Below are positions 48,569 to 58,931 of a stretch of 64,000 bases of DNA, piece by piece. The DNA comes from a virus. Under the pieces are notes generated by a model that had not been told where the DNA came from, did not search any database, and saw nothing but the letters and a program-made list of their open reading frames with translations. The translations under genes and the position numbers were made by a program. The stretch is taken from the IMG/VR virus record IMGVR_UViG_3300027763_002006, positions 28,216 to 92,215 of that record; one strand, given 5' to 3'. Position 1 is the stretch's first letter. The number at the start of each line of letters is the position of its first letter.

Positions 48569-49525
48569 TTAAGGTCTGCCGATTAGCATGACTCTTTTGT
48601 ACCCTTTTAATTGAAGTTCGCCTTCGAATAAAATTTCTTTCATTGGAAACTTCTTCTTCATATGATCGATGCCATGCACACAATTAATGTGCTCGGGTAT
48701 ATCGAATAAATTGTTGCTTTGAATAGCAACAATGGGATTGTTTTCGAATTCTTTAAATCTAATTTGATTAAACCAAGTATCATCCATGTGTTCTGCACTG
48801 GTATTAATTATAAGGTCTGGTAAGAATTTTTCTTTAAGAACTTTACCGTTTGTGAAATTTTCTAAATCTAATTCATAGCCATTTTTGTGCAATGTCATAT
48901 TGTTAATATCTGCACATGCACTTTTGACTTTATAGTTTTCTAAATCGTATAAGTTAAAAACACTATCACCGATTTCGCAACTTAGACGATCCATGTCTAC
49001 AAATCTCATTTTGCTATAGGTTAATTTTTTAACATATATTGATTTAAATTGCCCCAACCAGCCTGCCAGTACCAATACGTGTTCGTGATTAGTTTTTATC
49101 TTATATAGTTCTTCTGCAAGCCAGAGTTTACTTTGTATTTGTCCGCGACTAAATGCATCTGATATAACATCTGAACTACTTTGTTCGTGCCTAAAATATC
49201 TATGCAGTTGAAAAAATATCTTCTCATCTGGGAACATAATTTTAGCTATTTTAGCCCATTCGTCAACATCAATATTTTCGTCACTATCAGTTGAAATTGC
49301 TTTAAATGCTTTTAGTACAAATGTTAATACTTTTGGGAAATCTTCTTCGCTGACTTTTTCCTTGGCAGAGACTATTAATTTTTTAACAGTATTCAGCGGG
49401 TCATCTGAATAATTTAAGTTTAGATAATGATGCACATATTCTACTGCGTCATCTCTGTCTGTAAATTTTAAAAAGTCTTCTAAGCCATGTAACCAACTCA
49501 GTGTATCTTTTCCGCTTGTTTCCAT
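48569..49525 (-). CDS. Methyltransferase-like protein
   Basis: DAFSRGQIQSKLWL, VLAGWLG, FVDMD, INTSAEHM. Confidence 0.6.
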   Translation of the reverse strand: METSGKDTLSWLHGLEDFLKFTDRDDAVEYVHHYLNLNYSDDPLNTVKKLIVSAKEKVSEEDFPKVLTFVLKAFKAISTDSDENIDVDEWAKIAKIMFPDEKIFFQLHRYFRHEQSSSDVISDAFSRGQIQSKLWLAEELYKIKTNHEHVLVLAGWLGQFKSIYVKKLTYSKMRFVDMDRLSCEIGDSVFNLYDLENYKVKSACADINNMTLHKNGYELDLENFTNGKVLKEKFLPDLIINTSAEHMDDTWFNQIRFKEFENNPIVAIQSNNLFDIPEHINCVHGIDHMKKKFPMKEILFEGELQLKGYKRVMLIGRP

Positions 49526-50088
49526 TATTTTCTCTCTGGATATTTTGTTATATTTAAGTTTCTAAAACAACTTTGTAGTGCGACAATTTGACTCCAACAG
49601 TCCCAAGCGGCATGATGCAGTCTAGGATTGGGACGTTCGTGTTCAACCAAACCATACACTGTTCTAGTATCTTTTACTTGCCAATACTGCCAAGGCGCAC
49701 CTCGTTTAAGTTGCTTGCACACCTCCTCTAATATGACAATATCAAATGCAGGACCATTGGCCCACATATTTTGATAGCCGCCGCACCAACGATGAAAGTC
49801 TAGCATGACTTCTTGAATAGGATGTCTATCATCGTCTGTAAATGCTTCGTGTTGTACTTCTGGTTTTTGCTTTGCCCACCAAGCTAGTGTGTTGTCGTCG
49901 ATGTGAGCACTGGGCCAAGTAAAACTCTCAGGATCAATTCTACGATAAAATGTATCCATTAGTATTTCATCGCCTTCGTAGCTGTCACGGTCGTCGGCAA
50001 AAGGATCAAAGCGAATTGCCCCTATGGTAATTACCACCGAATTAGGAGTGGTGGCAAGGGTTTCGATGTCCACCATAATGTCTGCCAT
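49525..50088 (-). CDS. DEDDh 3'-5' exonuclease
   Basis: MVDIETL, WANGPAFD, DTRT, HHAAWD. Confidence 0.85.
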   Translation of the reverse strand: MADIMVDIETLATTPNSVVITIGAIRFDPFADDRDSYEGDEILMDTFYRRIDPESFTWPSAHIDDNTLAWWAKQKPEVQHEAFTDDDRHPIQEVMLDFHRWCGGYQNMWANGPAFDIVILEEVCKQLKRGAPWQYWQVKDTRTVYGLVEHERPNPRLHHAAWDCWSQIVALQSCFRNLNITKYPERK

Positions 50089-50089
50089 G

Positions 50090-50320
50090 TCAAGCCTTTG
50101 GTTGTTTACGTTCGAGGTCGCGCCATGCTTCCTCTTCTTCTATTGTAACATCGGGCACTTGTTTTGTCAAACTCCAAGAACCGTTGCCCAGATCTGTCCA
50201 GTTAAGCGTGTCGCCTTCCTGCCAGCCTGCTCCGTCGAGTAGATCCTGCGGCAGTGGCATAACCAAGTCACCGCTGCCGTCTTCTGCTTCTTCCAGTGTA
50301 ATTGTCCATTTATTCGTCAT
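50090..50320 (-). CDS. AbrB/MazE-like small protein
   Basis: LVMPLPQDLL..GWQEGDTLNW. Confidence 0.6.
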   Translation of the reverse strand: MTNKWTITLEEAEDGSGDLVMPLPQDLLDGAGWQEGDTLNWTDLGNGSWSLTKQVPDVTIEEEEAWRDLERKQPKA

Positions 50321-50765
50321 GTTTAATTACCTCTACTCCACTGATTTTAAGGAATTTGATTCCCGCATCATCTCTATAGTCTTGGCTATAATACACACTA
50401 CTAATACCTGACTGAAAAATAAGTTTGGCACATTCCATACAAGGAGCGTGAGTAACAAATATGTCAGCGCCATCACCACTGTCATTAGACTTCGCCAATT
50501 TTGCAATAGCATTTGATTCTGCATGTAATACCTCTGGTCTTGTTGTTAGTTTACCTGTGCCTGTTCTAGTTTTGGTAACAAGATTGAATTCTGTTTCTTC
50601 ACTTTCACAGTTGTTATCCCAACCTGCGGGCATACCGTTGTAGCCCATACTAATAACTCTATCGTCTTTAACAATAACTGCACCCACTTGTAGCCTACGA
50701 GCATGACTCATTTTGGCTACTTCGTGGGCGATGTTGTTATATAATTTTTGAAACTTAGGCTTCAT
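50310..50765 (-). CDS. dCMP deaminase
   Basis: VGAVIV, GYNG, HAESNAI, PCMEC. Confidence 0.92.
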   Translation of the reverse strand: MKPKFQKLYNNIAHEVAKMSHARRLQVGAVIVKDDRVISMGYNGMPAGWDNNCESEETEFNLVTKTRTGTGKLTTRPEVLHAESNAIAKLAKSNDSGDGADIFVTHAPCMECAKLIFQSGISSVYYSQDYRDDAGIKFLKISGVEVIKHDE

Positions 50766-51261
50766 TTAGATGCTGTAACATGCTATCTGCGCTGGTTGTT
50801 TCCAGTAAAGAAAAATCGTCAACAGTGACATATTCAATTACACCATTGTCGATTACAAACGCCCACCGTCCGGATCTTGTACTCAGTCCTTCGAAGGTAA
50901 AGTCATGTGATAAATTGTTTGCTTTAACGAAGAAACCATCACCGTCGCCATAAAATTGAACATTGGATGTTTTGGCAACTTCTTCAACATGTTCTTGGAA
51001 TTTTTTCATTACAAACGCATCTTGCACATAAAGTCCAATGATTCCGTCTATACCATGTGAAAGAATTTTAGTACTGGCACTTTCATAGTCAATGGCTTGT
51101 TTAGTATCAAGTTTACTAAATGGTGCCGGTCCCATGAATACCAATAATCTTTTACCTTCGAACAAATCTTTGATACTCACGCTTTCATGAAGCCCACTTG
51201 GGTTAATTCTATATACAACCCCTAGATCTACAGTCTGTCCTTTTTTCAGTGCTAATGTCAT
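50755..51261 (-). CDS. Peroxiredoxin (Prx5/redoxin)-like protein lacking cysteine
   Basis: LFEGKR.LVF..P..F, DAFVM, DGDG.F, G...RS.R.A..IDNG; no Cys in the protein. Confidence 0.7.
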   Translation of the reverse strand: MTLALKKGQTVDLGVVYRINPSGLHESVSIKDLFEGKRLLVFMGPAPFSKLDTKQAIDYESASTKILSHGIDGIIGLYVQDAFVMKKFQEHVEEVAKTSNVQFYGDGDGFFVKANNLSHDFTFEGLSTRSGRWAFVIDNGVIEYVTVDDFSLLETTSADSMLQHLNEA

Positions 51262-51926
51262 TTTCTATCTCCAAATAAATTTAATAAATTAAGAAACAAG
51301 TTAATGAAATCCATATACAACGTTAGCGCACCACGCACTTCAGCAACTCCGTTAGTTTCGTAACTAACTTCTTCTCGAATCTTTTGTGTGTCATAGGCAG
51401 TTAATCCTAGAAAGATAATAATTGCCAATGCACTAATAACTGTTTGCAAAACTGTGCTGCCAATAAAGATATTAACAATGCTGGCAATGACAATGGCAAT
51501 TAAACCAATGAACATAAACTGTCCCATGCTGTCTAAACTACGTTTTGTAAAGTATCCATATGCGCTCATTACCCCAAACAAAATTGCCGCTCCCATGAAT
51601 GCACTTACGATACTGCCCATGGTAAACACTGCAAAGATTGTAGCAAAACTTAAACCCATTAATGCTGAAAAACTGTAGAGCATGAGTTGAGCACCCTGCT
51701 TGTTTGCCTTTTCCATGGCAAAACTAATTGCAAAGATTGCCACCAATGGTGCAAAAATTACAATCCATTTCAGTACACCCGTAAAGAAGAACTGCAATAG
51801 TTCAGGGCTCGAACCCACAAAATAACTTACAAACATCGATATAATAACAGCCAAACTCATGTGTCCATAGACACGGCCCATGGCTGAGTTAATTTCACTG
51901 GCACTTCTATAAACTGCGTATTCCAT
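51258..51926 (-). CDS. Bax inhibitor-1/YccA family membrane protein
   Basis: ~7 TMs; YGYFTKRSL, TAYDTQKI, ALTLYMDFINLF. Confidence 0.92.
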   Translation of the reverse strand: MEYAVYRSASEINSAMGRVYGHMSLAVIISMFVSYFVGSSPELLQFFFTGVLKWIVIFAPLVAIFAISFAMEKANKQGAQLMLYSFSALMGLSFATIFAVFTMGSIVSAFMGAAILFGVMSAYGYFTKRSLDSMGQFMFIGLIAIVIASIVNIFIGSTVLQTVISALAIIIFLGLTAYDTQKIREEVSYETNGVAEVRGALTLYMDFINLFLNLLNLFGDRK

Positions 51927-51931
51927 TTTAA

Positions 51932-52255
51932 TTACCTTTCTAGTAAATCACGTTTATTTGGTTTACCATTCCATGCCTCGTGATCAGGTAGGGCTGGTTT
52001 TTGTTTAGTAATTCTTTTCCAAGATTTACTTAATTCTTTGTTCCATTCTATAAAAACTTTTTGATCTTCTGGCAGATCAGTGTCAGCATAAATCGCATCA
52101 ATGGGACATTCCGGTACACATACTGCACAATCAATACATTCGTCGGGATTAATTACTAGAAAGTTTGGTCCTTCATAGAAGCAATCCACTGGACAAACGG
52201 TCACGCAATCGGTGTGTTTGCACTTAATACAATTTTCTGTTACGACATAAGTCAT
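51932..52255 (-). CDS. fdxA: 7Fe ferredoxin (FdxA type)
   Basis: [18 protein letters not shown]...[12 protein letters not shown]. Confidence 0.93.
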   Translation of the reverse strand: MTYVVTENCIKCKHTDCVTVCPVDCFYEGPNFLVINPDECIDCAVCVPECPIDAIYADTDLPEDQKVFIEWNKELSKSWKRITKQKPALPDHEAWNGKPNKRDLLER

Positions 52256-52276
52256 TTATATTTCCTTTTACTTTAT

Positions 52277-52669
52277 TTATCGGCGCATTGTTGAAATTGC
52301 TATGGCTTCTTCGTCACTGAAAATTGGAACAGCATTTGATTTATGCATTGTGCCGATTCCTAAAACTTTTGTACCAGTGTATTGCGGTGATGCTTTATAA
52401 GTTCCTACACCACTTTGTCCAGTGTCACGACTGGCAATCTTTTGCGTTTCCCTGCCCGCAGGCGCAGACAGTTTATAATCCAAAGGAGCGGCACTCATTG
52501 CACGTCGACGCTTTTTTTCTTCTGCGTCTAGTCCCCATTTGGCCTGTAATTCTTTCCATTCTTTGTCCAATTGTTCCGCCTTGTGTTTTGCCGCCGCACT
52601 GGCAAACTTTACCTTGCCCTTTTTCTTGCCATTATAGCTAAGGCTAGGGTGATGTAGATGCATACTCAT
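52277..52669 (-). CDS. Basic phage protein
   Basis: YTGT..GIGTMHKSNAVPIF motif, which I recognise from T4-like phages. Confidence 0.65.
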   Translation of the reverse strand: MSMHLHHPSLSYNGKKKGKVKFASAAAKHKAEQLDKEWKELQAKWGLDAEEKKRRRAMSAAPLDYKLSAPAGRETQKIASRDTGQSGVGTYKASPQYTGTKVLGIGTMHKSNAVPIFSDEEAIAISTMRR

Positions 52670-52693
52670 AGATTACTCCAGTGATAATGATAT

Positions 52694-52722
52694 ATTATAC
52701 TACAATAGAGATTTTATGTCAA
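52694..52722 (-). promoter_or_regulatory. sigma70-type promoter
   Basis: TTGACA-17-TATAAT. Confidence 0.8.
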
Positions 52723-52968
52723 TTATTTTGATAAAGTGTAGATTAGAACAGCTTCGTCTAATGCGTGTTTTAATGCAGGATTGGTTTTGGCAGTTCTGCG
52801 AATATCGCCCCAAAGTTTATCTTCTTTTAGTTGTTCATGAAGATTAACTGCTCGCGGACTTTGTACGTGAAGTTGTCGTTGACTGTTTCCTGATTCCCTG
52901 ACGTAGATTGTTTCTCCGCCATCCGGACTTTCGTAGATCACTGCTTCAGTGATTTTACTGACCATCAT
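52723..52968 (-). CDS. Hypothetical phage protein
   Basis: [14 protein letters not shown] motif. Confidence 0.6.
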   Translation of the reverse strand: MMVSKITEAVIYESPDGGETIYVRESGNSQRQLHVQSPRAVNLHEQLKEDKLWGDIRRTAKTNPALKHALDEAVLIYTLSK

Positions 52969-53288
52969 ACGCCAAAGCTACTTCCGCAACCACAGCTAGT
53001 TTCTGCATTGGGATTTTGAATTACAAAGTTTGAACCTTCAATGTCTTCTTTGTAATCGATGGTTGCACCTTGTAAGTACTGCATACTCATTGCGTCAACG
53101 AGATACTTGACGCCCTGTTGTTCTATAACAAAGTCATCTTCATTCTGTTCGGTTTCTAGAGTAAAACCGTATTGCATACCACTACAGCCTCCACCTTGTA
53201 CAAACACCCTAAGGCTAATATTAGGATTACCCTCTTCTTGCAATATATTTGCAACTTTATTGTCTACATTACCTGTAATTGTAATCAT
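52965..53288 (-). CDS. erpA: A-type Fe-S carrier ErpA
   Basis: [38 protein letters not shown]. Confidence 0.9.
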   Translation of the reverse strand: MITITGNVDNKVANILQEEGNPNISLRVFVQGGGCSGMQYGFTLETEQNEDDFVIEQQGVKYLVDAMSMQYLQGATIDYKEDIEGSNFVIQNPNAETSCGCGSSFGV

Positions 53289-53289
53289 A

Positions 53290-53805
53290 TTATTCCTTTA
53301 CTATCATCACTAGATGAAATCTATATTCATCGCTGCCATTTAAAAAAGTATGAAAATTTCTTGTATCTACCCAAGTTGTTGTTCCGTCTGCGGGCAAATG
53401 AAAAAATGTCAATGGATCTGTAATTAAAAAATTACATTGTGTATTTGTTTTCAATGGTAAATGCAGTCTAGGACTAAAGTCTCGGTGTACACTATAAGAA
53501 CTTTTTCCTCGAGACAGCATAATTCTAGCACGATATACTGAAATATCTAACCATTGTAGATATTCATCTACAGGAGTGCCTTTTAGACTAGGCTGCAAAT
53601 GACAGAATGAATGTTCCCAAAATCTATCTTTGCCTTTGGCATTGCCAATACCAGCATACCAATTGTCTGTACCGGGGTCATCGGTTTGAATTGCTATTTG
53701 GCTGTCTAGATTTGTTTCCCAGTTTCCAACTTCAGACGCTAAATTCATCAACTGCCCACGCAGTTTATTAAATTTGGGATAAGCTGATTTAAATTCTTTG
53801 TGCAT
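53290..53805 (-). CDS. 2OG-Fe(II) oxygenase (Asp/Asn beta-hydroxylase-like)
   Basis: HRD..RLHLPL.TN, HTFLNG, RFHLV. Confidence 0.75.
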   Translation of the reverse strand: MHKEFKSAYPKFNKLRGQLMNLASEVGNWETNLDSQIAIQTDDPGTDNWYAGIGNAKGKDRFWEHSFCHLQPSLKGTPVDEYLQWLDISVYRARIMLSRGKSSYSVHRDFSPRLHLPLKTNTQCNFLITDPLTFFHLPADGTTTWVDTRNFHTFLNGSDEYRFHLVMIVKE

Positions 53806-53928
53806 ACACTTACTTATTCAAGAAAGTGTATTTCTTCATGTGTCTTAGAATATTTTTATTAGATTTTGAAAACATAGTTTCCTGATTCTATTATGATGTT
53901 TTTAAGAACAGCGACAATAAATTATAAT

Positions 53929-54642
53929 ATGAATGAAAATATTATAGTAGGCAAAAAACACAATGTCAAAAGGCCGCCGCAATATGACAGTACAAAGGTC
54001 AATCAAGAAACAATCTCTGATGAACTGTCCTTATTAACACTGGGAGATTTTGAACCACTGGACTTTTTTATTAGTACTAATAAATTCAACAGTGAAATTT
54101 CTAAATTTGACAATGATTGGGTAGATTATCTACCGAGATCAGATAGATCGAATAACCGGAAAGGATTAGCCGTTACTAATCTTCCCGAAAAAACACATCA
54201 AGATAATCCCAGCCAAGCACAGGCTAGTTATGCAGCCGACAGAAAAGTATTTGAACGAGAATTTTCTCATCCTACGGCAGTGTATAAAAATTGTCCCTGT
54301 CTGCATCCTTTGCTGGATACATTCTCCCCATTGGGCAGAACGTTTTTAGTAAAAAGCAACATGGGAGGCTATTTCCCTCCACATCGAGACCATCCCGAAT
54401 TACCCAGAGAGACATTTAGAATAGCTGTATTTTTAAAAAATTGCAAGACCTATCAATATGATTGGATAATTGGACAAGACACTAAACTGCAAATTGAAGA
54501 AGGTCGTGCTTATTATATTAACACTAGACGAACACATAGAACAATCAGTTGGGTCGATGACAGCATACATCTAATCATCAACGTACCATTTACCACTGAT
54601 AATGTATCTAAATTGATTGCAAATCTCAAACACGGACATTGA
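53929..54642 (+). CDS. 2OG-Fe(II) oxygenase-like protein
   Basis: PPHRD, INTRRTH, IHLIIN. Confidence 0.65.
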   Translation: MNENIIVGKKHNVKRPPQYDSTKVNQETISDELSLLTLGDFEPLDFFISTNKFNSEISKFDNDWVDYLPRSDRSNNRKGLAVTNLPEKTHQDNPSQAQASYAADRKVFEREFSHPTAVYKNCPCLHPLLDTFSPLGRTFLVKSNMGGYFPPHRDHPELPRETFRIAVFLKNCKTYQYDWIIGQDTKLQIEEGRAYYINTRRTHRTISWVDDSIHLIINVPFTTDNVSKLIANLKHGH

Positions 54643-54647
54643 TTTAT

Positions 54648-55250
54648 ATGAATAATGCCATTGAGTTAACCTGGCCGTCATTGGGACAAGAAATCTCTGA
54701 AAAAATAATCAAGCATTACGAACAGTACAAGAATTATGGAAAAAAGTTCAAAAGAATAGAACAGGGCAAAAGCATGATGCAGGATGATTTTGTAGTTGAA
54801 ATGCCTGGATCATATCAATTGCAGAAATGGCCCGAACATATGAATTTCCTTGATGAGATTTTTTGTGGTCATGAAATTAATAGAAAATTTTTAAAACATA
54901 TTACGTTGCAACGAAGTGTCGATGAACTGCCACCGCACACTGATACCTTTAGAAAAATGAGTATAATCTATGTAGTCGAAGGCGCGGCTGACACTGTATT
55001 TTACAAACAAAAGGATGCCAACAATGCTGTGGCTGCTAGAATGTTTGAAAAAAGTGAATTGACAGAAACAAATCGATATAGATTTGATCTTAACAAATGG
55101 TATCTAATTAACAATTCAGCTATACATGCAGTGGATAATTATGTGGGTAAAAGAACAAGTCTTTTATTCGACCTTACCAACATACAAGTATTCCAGGATT
55201 ACGAAGATGCCGTGAAAAATGTCAATGACAGTAAAATTTTATTTTTGTAA
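54648..55250 (+). CDS. 2OG-Fe(II) oxygenase-like protein
   Basis: LPPHTD, IHAV, RTSL. Confidence 0.65.
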   Translation: MNNAIELTWPSLGQEISEKIIKHYEQYKNYGKKFKRIEQGKSMMQDDFVVEMPGSYQLQKWPEHMNFLDEIFCGHEINRKFLKHITLQRSVDELPPHTDTFRKMSIIYVVEGAADTVFYKQKDANNAVAARMFEKSELTETNRYRFDLNKWYLINNSAIHAVDNYVGKRTSLLFDLTNIQVFQDYEDAVKNVNDSKILFL

Positions 55251-55252
55251 AA

Positions 55253-55957
55253 TTAATCAGTGTATGTAAAAATACTGATACCCAGTTTGCTGACAATGCT
55301 GTGCTGCCTGAAGTCGCTGGCACAATGAAGCTTTAATGCATCGAATATAATTGCAGACCCTGGCTTCCATATATGAATTGAATTTAGACTAAGTCCATGC
55401 AACCAATTTGGTTTTATATGAGTTAGATATTTCTGCATGTCAGTTGCACTGATACCGGTCAAGGATTTGTTTTGTACTTGTGAGTATTCGTAGATTTGTT
55501 GATTATAATATGTGGGAATATTATTGTCGCCATTAAAAAATTTACTTGGGCCTTCCAAGTAATACTGATCAAAGATACACAGGCTGGGTAATTCTGTATC
55601 TGTAGTTTCCGCAGAATACTCTAATTTCAATGGCAGTGTAATTGCTTTATAAGTCAAAGGAAATGACTTCTTATCATCATTGTGTATGATATGCGGAAAC
55701 TTTACATTAAAAAATGACGCAGAATAAATCTTAAAATCGCCAATTAAAGGCACGAGTCTTTCTACTATAGATTCTAAAATAGAATCTTTCATAATAGAAT
55801 TACAAGTCACAGGACCTGTGTTCTTATAAATTTTGTCGTTTGAGTTATTAAACAATTCGACTAGATACTGGATTTCTTCACTCTGGAGAAATTCTTCTAC
55901 ATAGATCGTGTCAGCGAATCTAGACACTAGTAATTCTTTATCTTCCGATGATCTCAT
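55253..55957 (-). CDS. 2OG-Fe(II) oxygenase-like protein
   Basis: IHND, W.PG..IIFD...HCAS, KLGISIF. Confidence 0.6.
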   Translation of the reverse strand: MRSSEDKELLVSRFADTIYVEEFLQSEEIQYLVELFNNSNDKIYKNTGPVTCNSIMKDSILESIVERLVPLIGDFKIYSASFFNVKFPHIIHNDDKKSFPLTYKAITLPLKLEYSAETTDTELPSLCIFDQYYLEGPSKFFNGDNNIPTYYNQQIYEYSQVQNKSLTGISATDMQKYLTHIKPNWLHGLSLNSIHIWKPGSAIIFDALKLHCASDFRQHSIVSKLGISIFTYTD

Positions 55958-56001
55958 ACAATATTTATGTAGACGTTCATGTCATCAGAAGATGTATTTG
56001 A

Positions 56002-56202
56002 TTATCTAATACGTTTTAAATAATCACGACCGATGTGTCCCTCTTCAATTTCACGCAGTGCTGTCACAGCCGCGCTATTTTTACTTGAAACTTTGGGCAC
56101 GGAGCCTCGCTTTAATTCGCGAGCACGTTGACTAGCGATTAACACTAGATCAAATCTATTTCCCACTGCCAATGCAGCCTTTTCACTGGTAATTCTAGCC
56201 AT
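56002..56202 (-). CDS. rpoZ: RNA polymerase omega subunit
   Basis: MARIT...GNRFDLVLIASQRAREL...ALREIEEG. Confidence 0.92.
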   Translation of the reverse strand: MARITSEKAALAVGNRFDLVLIASQRARELKRGSVPKVSSKNSAAVTALREIEEGHIGRDYLKRIR

Positions 56203-56813
56203 TATATATCCTCGTTGTTGTCTTCCAAAACTAGCCAACCTAGTTTCTTCAAGTCACTGCGAATCTCGTCAGTGACTACACTTTCCGATACATAGGCTTC
56301 TGTTTCCTTGTATCGTTGTTGTTCTTCTAAAGTTAAAATATCCCATTCACTTTGTTCTATCGGACCAGCATTTTTAATACCACTACAGTACCAGTCGATG
56401 TAATCACCTTGTTCTTTCATGTCTGCTACAATGCCACCGGCATATCTCCAACTACAGCCCCAAGTTTGGCCCTTTAGAATGGGCAACATGTCATTGCGCT
56501 GAAAGTCATTGTTGCACATGGCAGCATATAAGTTTTGTGCGTAGACATCGTCGCTTTTTACTTTATCGCAGATCCAAGTAGTACTGCGTAGATCATACTC
56601 CATGTTATTTTCACACCAAGCGTCTTGGGCTTCTTTAGTAGCCATTAAGTCTGGAATTTCATCAAAGTATTCTAACATAGCAATAGTGTTAGGATCGTTT
56701 TGCTTGCCTTCTGCTATTCTACGTGCAAGATAATTATTACGTTGGAAGGTATTCCGGTCTGGACTAGAGTTTAACCTAGCTTTCTCTTCACTATCTTTAT
56801 CTTGTCCTGCCAT
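56202..56813 (-). CDS. Hypothetical phage protein
   Basis: YAQNLYAAMCNN..SWRYAGGIVA..DYIDWYCSG. Confidence 0.65.
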   Translation of the reverse strand: MAGQDKDSEEKARLNSSPDRNTFQRNNYLARRIAEGKQNDPNTIAMLEYFDEIPDLMATKEAQDAWCENNMEYDLRSTTWICDKVKSDDVYAQNLYAAMCNNDFQRNDMLPILKGQTWGCSWRYAGGIVADMKEQGDYIDWYCSGIKNAGPIEQSEWDILTLEEQQRYKETEAYVSESVVTDEIRSDLKKLGWLVLEDNNEDI

Positions 56814-57412
56814 TTGAATTCTTCCCAATTAAATAAAAATTCACTGTCCAACTTTTCGTATATCAGCCATTGCTTAGTATAGTTGATTTCTAATGGAAAG
56901 TCAAGTACTGTCGCGCCATTATAGAATAATCGTCGCGGAGTTCGGCCAGAAATTCTAGTAGCACTTTCTCCGGCACGAGTTCTAATACATACTTTGATTA
57001 AATTTTTATTATAATCATTAAATGTCAATGTAATAAATTTACATTTGTTTTTAACTGCCCATGCCTTACATGCAGGGAGAATGTATTCGGCAACTAATAA
57101 TTTGTTTCTATGTTCAGTATGTGCCCATGTTCTGATACCTGCCATTGCAATATCTTCGGTCCATTCACTGAAGTAAACGCCGCCGCTGGCCACTGGTAAT
57201 TTATCGTCAAACAACACAAAGTATTTACCGTGATCGAATTTATTTTCTACTTCTAATATATAGCGCAGAGTATTATTTTCATTTCGCCAAGTTTTGCTGT
57301 GCATATTGACCATGGCAGGACTGGTATCTTTTTGACATTCTGATTCTATAGTGTCCCAAAAATGTTGTAGTTCTGATTTGGTTAATTTATTGTATTCTTT
57401 TACTTTGTACAT
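56771..57412 (-). CDS. GNAT-like hypothetical protein
   Basis: VASGG, RTWAHTEHRNK resembling acetyltransferase motif A. Confidence 0.45.
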   Translation of the reverse strand: MYKVKEYNKLTKSELQHFWDTIESECQKDTSPAMVNMHSKTWRNENNTLRYILEVENKFDHGKYFVLFDDKLPVASGGVYFSEWTEDIAMAGIRTWAHTEHRNKLLVAEYILPACKAWAVKNKCKFITLTFNDYNKNLIKVCIRTRAGESATRISGRTPRRLFYNGATVLDFPLEINYTKQWLIYEKLDSEFLFNWEEFKWQDKIKIVKRKLG

Positions 57413-58155
57413 ACTAGTTTAATTACCCATGTCAAAGGATCTATTTCCCAGAATTTATATGTTGTGCTGGGATTCTTTGCGTCGCCGTGATGATTATTGT
57501 GCCATGCTTCGCCTAGTATAATGGGCCAAAGCCATGCATTATTTCTACTATGGTCTTTTGTTTCGTAATTACGATAACCAAATTTGTGACCAAAATAATT
57601 AAAATTGCTGGTACTAAGTTGTATTAGCATTGCAGGCACTAGCCAAGCCCAATAAAATAATTGTAGATCTATTAAAGCTAATATAGAAATTACGAATAGT
57701 AATAAAATCATGTACCATTTATGTATAAACAATTGGGCCGGTGTCATTAATTCTTTAACCAAGAATATCTTCATTTCACCTTCTTGTTGTTTCATATGTC
57801 CAAAGCCAAACAATTTATATCCTAAATTATGCGGGCTATGCGGGTCTTTGTCTTGGTCACTGTATGCATGATGCAATCTATGTAAATAGACCCAGCCTAA
57901 AATACTGCCGCGACCTGTTAATAAAGCAATAACAGAGAACAACCATTTAAGCACAGGGTTCAGTGCAAAACTTTTATGACTATAATATCTATGAAATGTC
58001 ATCCATACTCCCAGGATGTTCAAAACATAAAAACTTGTCAACATGATTAGTATGTTGCTTAATGTATAATCAACAAAAAACAATCCAACTATGCTGTTAA
58101 TAAAAACAAAAATAGTTAGTAGATTTATATTTCTACTTGTGGATCCAAATATCAT
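57400..58155 (-). CDS. Fatty-acid desaturase (delta-9 type)
   Basis: His boxes HRYYSH, HRLHH, HNNHH. Confidence 0.9.
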   Translation of the reverse strand: MIFGSTSRNINLLTIFVFINSIVGLFFVDYTLSNILIMLTSFYVLNILGVWMTFHRYYSHKSFALNPVLKWLFSVIALLTGRGSILGWVYLHRLHHAYSDQDKDPHSPHNLGYKLFGFGHMKQQEGEMKIFLVKELMTPAQLFIHKWYMILLLFVISILALIDLQLFYWAWLVPAMLIQLSTSNFNYFGHKFGYRNYETKDHSRNNAWLWPIILGEAWHNNHHGDAKNPSTTYKFWEIDPLTWVIKLVCTK

Positions 58156-58931
58156 CGTCTAATTAATTCAATGACTCTGGCCGCAGGATCAAATTCCCAC
58201 CACTTGCCACTGGTGCCACTTCCAAAGTCATAGTTACCAGGACGAGCATGATGGTTATTATGCCAACCTTCACCAAAGGTTAGTATTGCATTAATCCAAA
58301 GATTTCGACTGTTATCGCTGGTTTGGAAATTCTTATATCCCCACTTATGATTTGTATAGTTGCTGATAGTACTGCTCCATACGCTGAACACCGCAGGGAT
58401 AATAACAACGTGCATGGCCAACACGGGATCTATAACAGCCCAGAATATTGTCCATAATAATAACAGACCAAAGTACCACTTGTGCATAAAGATATGATAC
58501 TTGTCAAAAATCAAGTGTCGTATTTTCCATTTGTTTGGCTCATAGTCATAGGCAGCTACCAACATCTTGGGACCACTGACCATGGGACTATGTGGGTCGC
58601 CTGGCTTGTCACTGTATTTGTGATGATCTCTGTGCATACCAACCCAGCCAATGGCACTGCCTGTAAATGCCAACGCTCCCCAAGTGGCACAAAAGTATTC
58701 CCAGAATTTACTGGTCTTAAAACTTTTATGTGTTAATAATCTATGAAAGCCAATGCTGATACCAAGGCCGCCTATGCCCACATACATCAGCACACTTAGT
58801 AACCACAGTAGACCAACCTGCGGTAAAAGGAATGCATAGAGTAGAACCAGTGCTGTGGCACTGAGTTGTACATATGGCAAGTACTGCGTGTTAGATGCAA
58901 GAGCATTATTGATGATTCGTTTGTAGGACAT
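58152..58931 (-). CDS. Fatty-acid desaturase (delta-9 type)
   Basis: His boxes HRLLTH, HRDHH, HNNHH. Confidence 0.92.
   Translation of the reverse strand: MSYKRIINNALASNTQYLPYVQLSATALVLLYAFLLPQVGLLWLLSVLMYVGIGGLGISIGFHRLLTHKSFKTSKFWEYFCATWGALAFTGSAIGWVGMHRDHHKYSDKPGDPHSPMVSGPKMLVAAYDYEPNKWKIRHLIFDKYHIFMHKWYFGLLLLWTIFWAVIDPVLAMHVVIIPAVFSVWSSTISNYTNHKWGYKNFQTSDNSRNLWINAILTFGEGWHNNHHARPGNYDFGSGTSGKWWEFDPAARVIELIRR

Noticed and set aside
50755-51261. Selenocysteine or pseudogene explanation for the Cys-less peroxiredoxin
   Set aside because: No in-frame TGA; the ORF is full-length and overlaps both neighbours
52682-52701. Fur box at the promoter upstream of fdxA
   Set aside because: Only the GATAATGATA half matches (12 of 19 by my count) in AT-rich DNA, and part is explained by the -10 element
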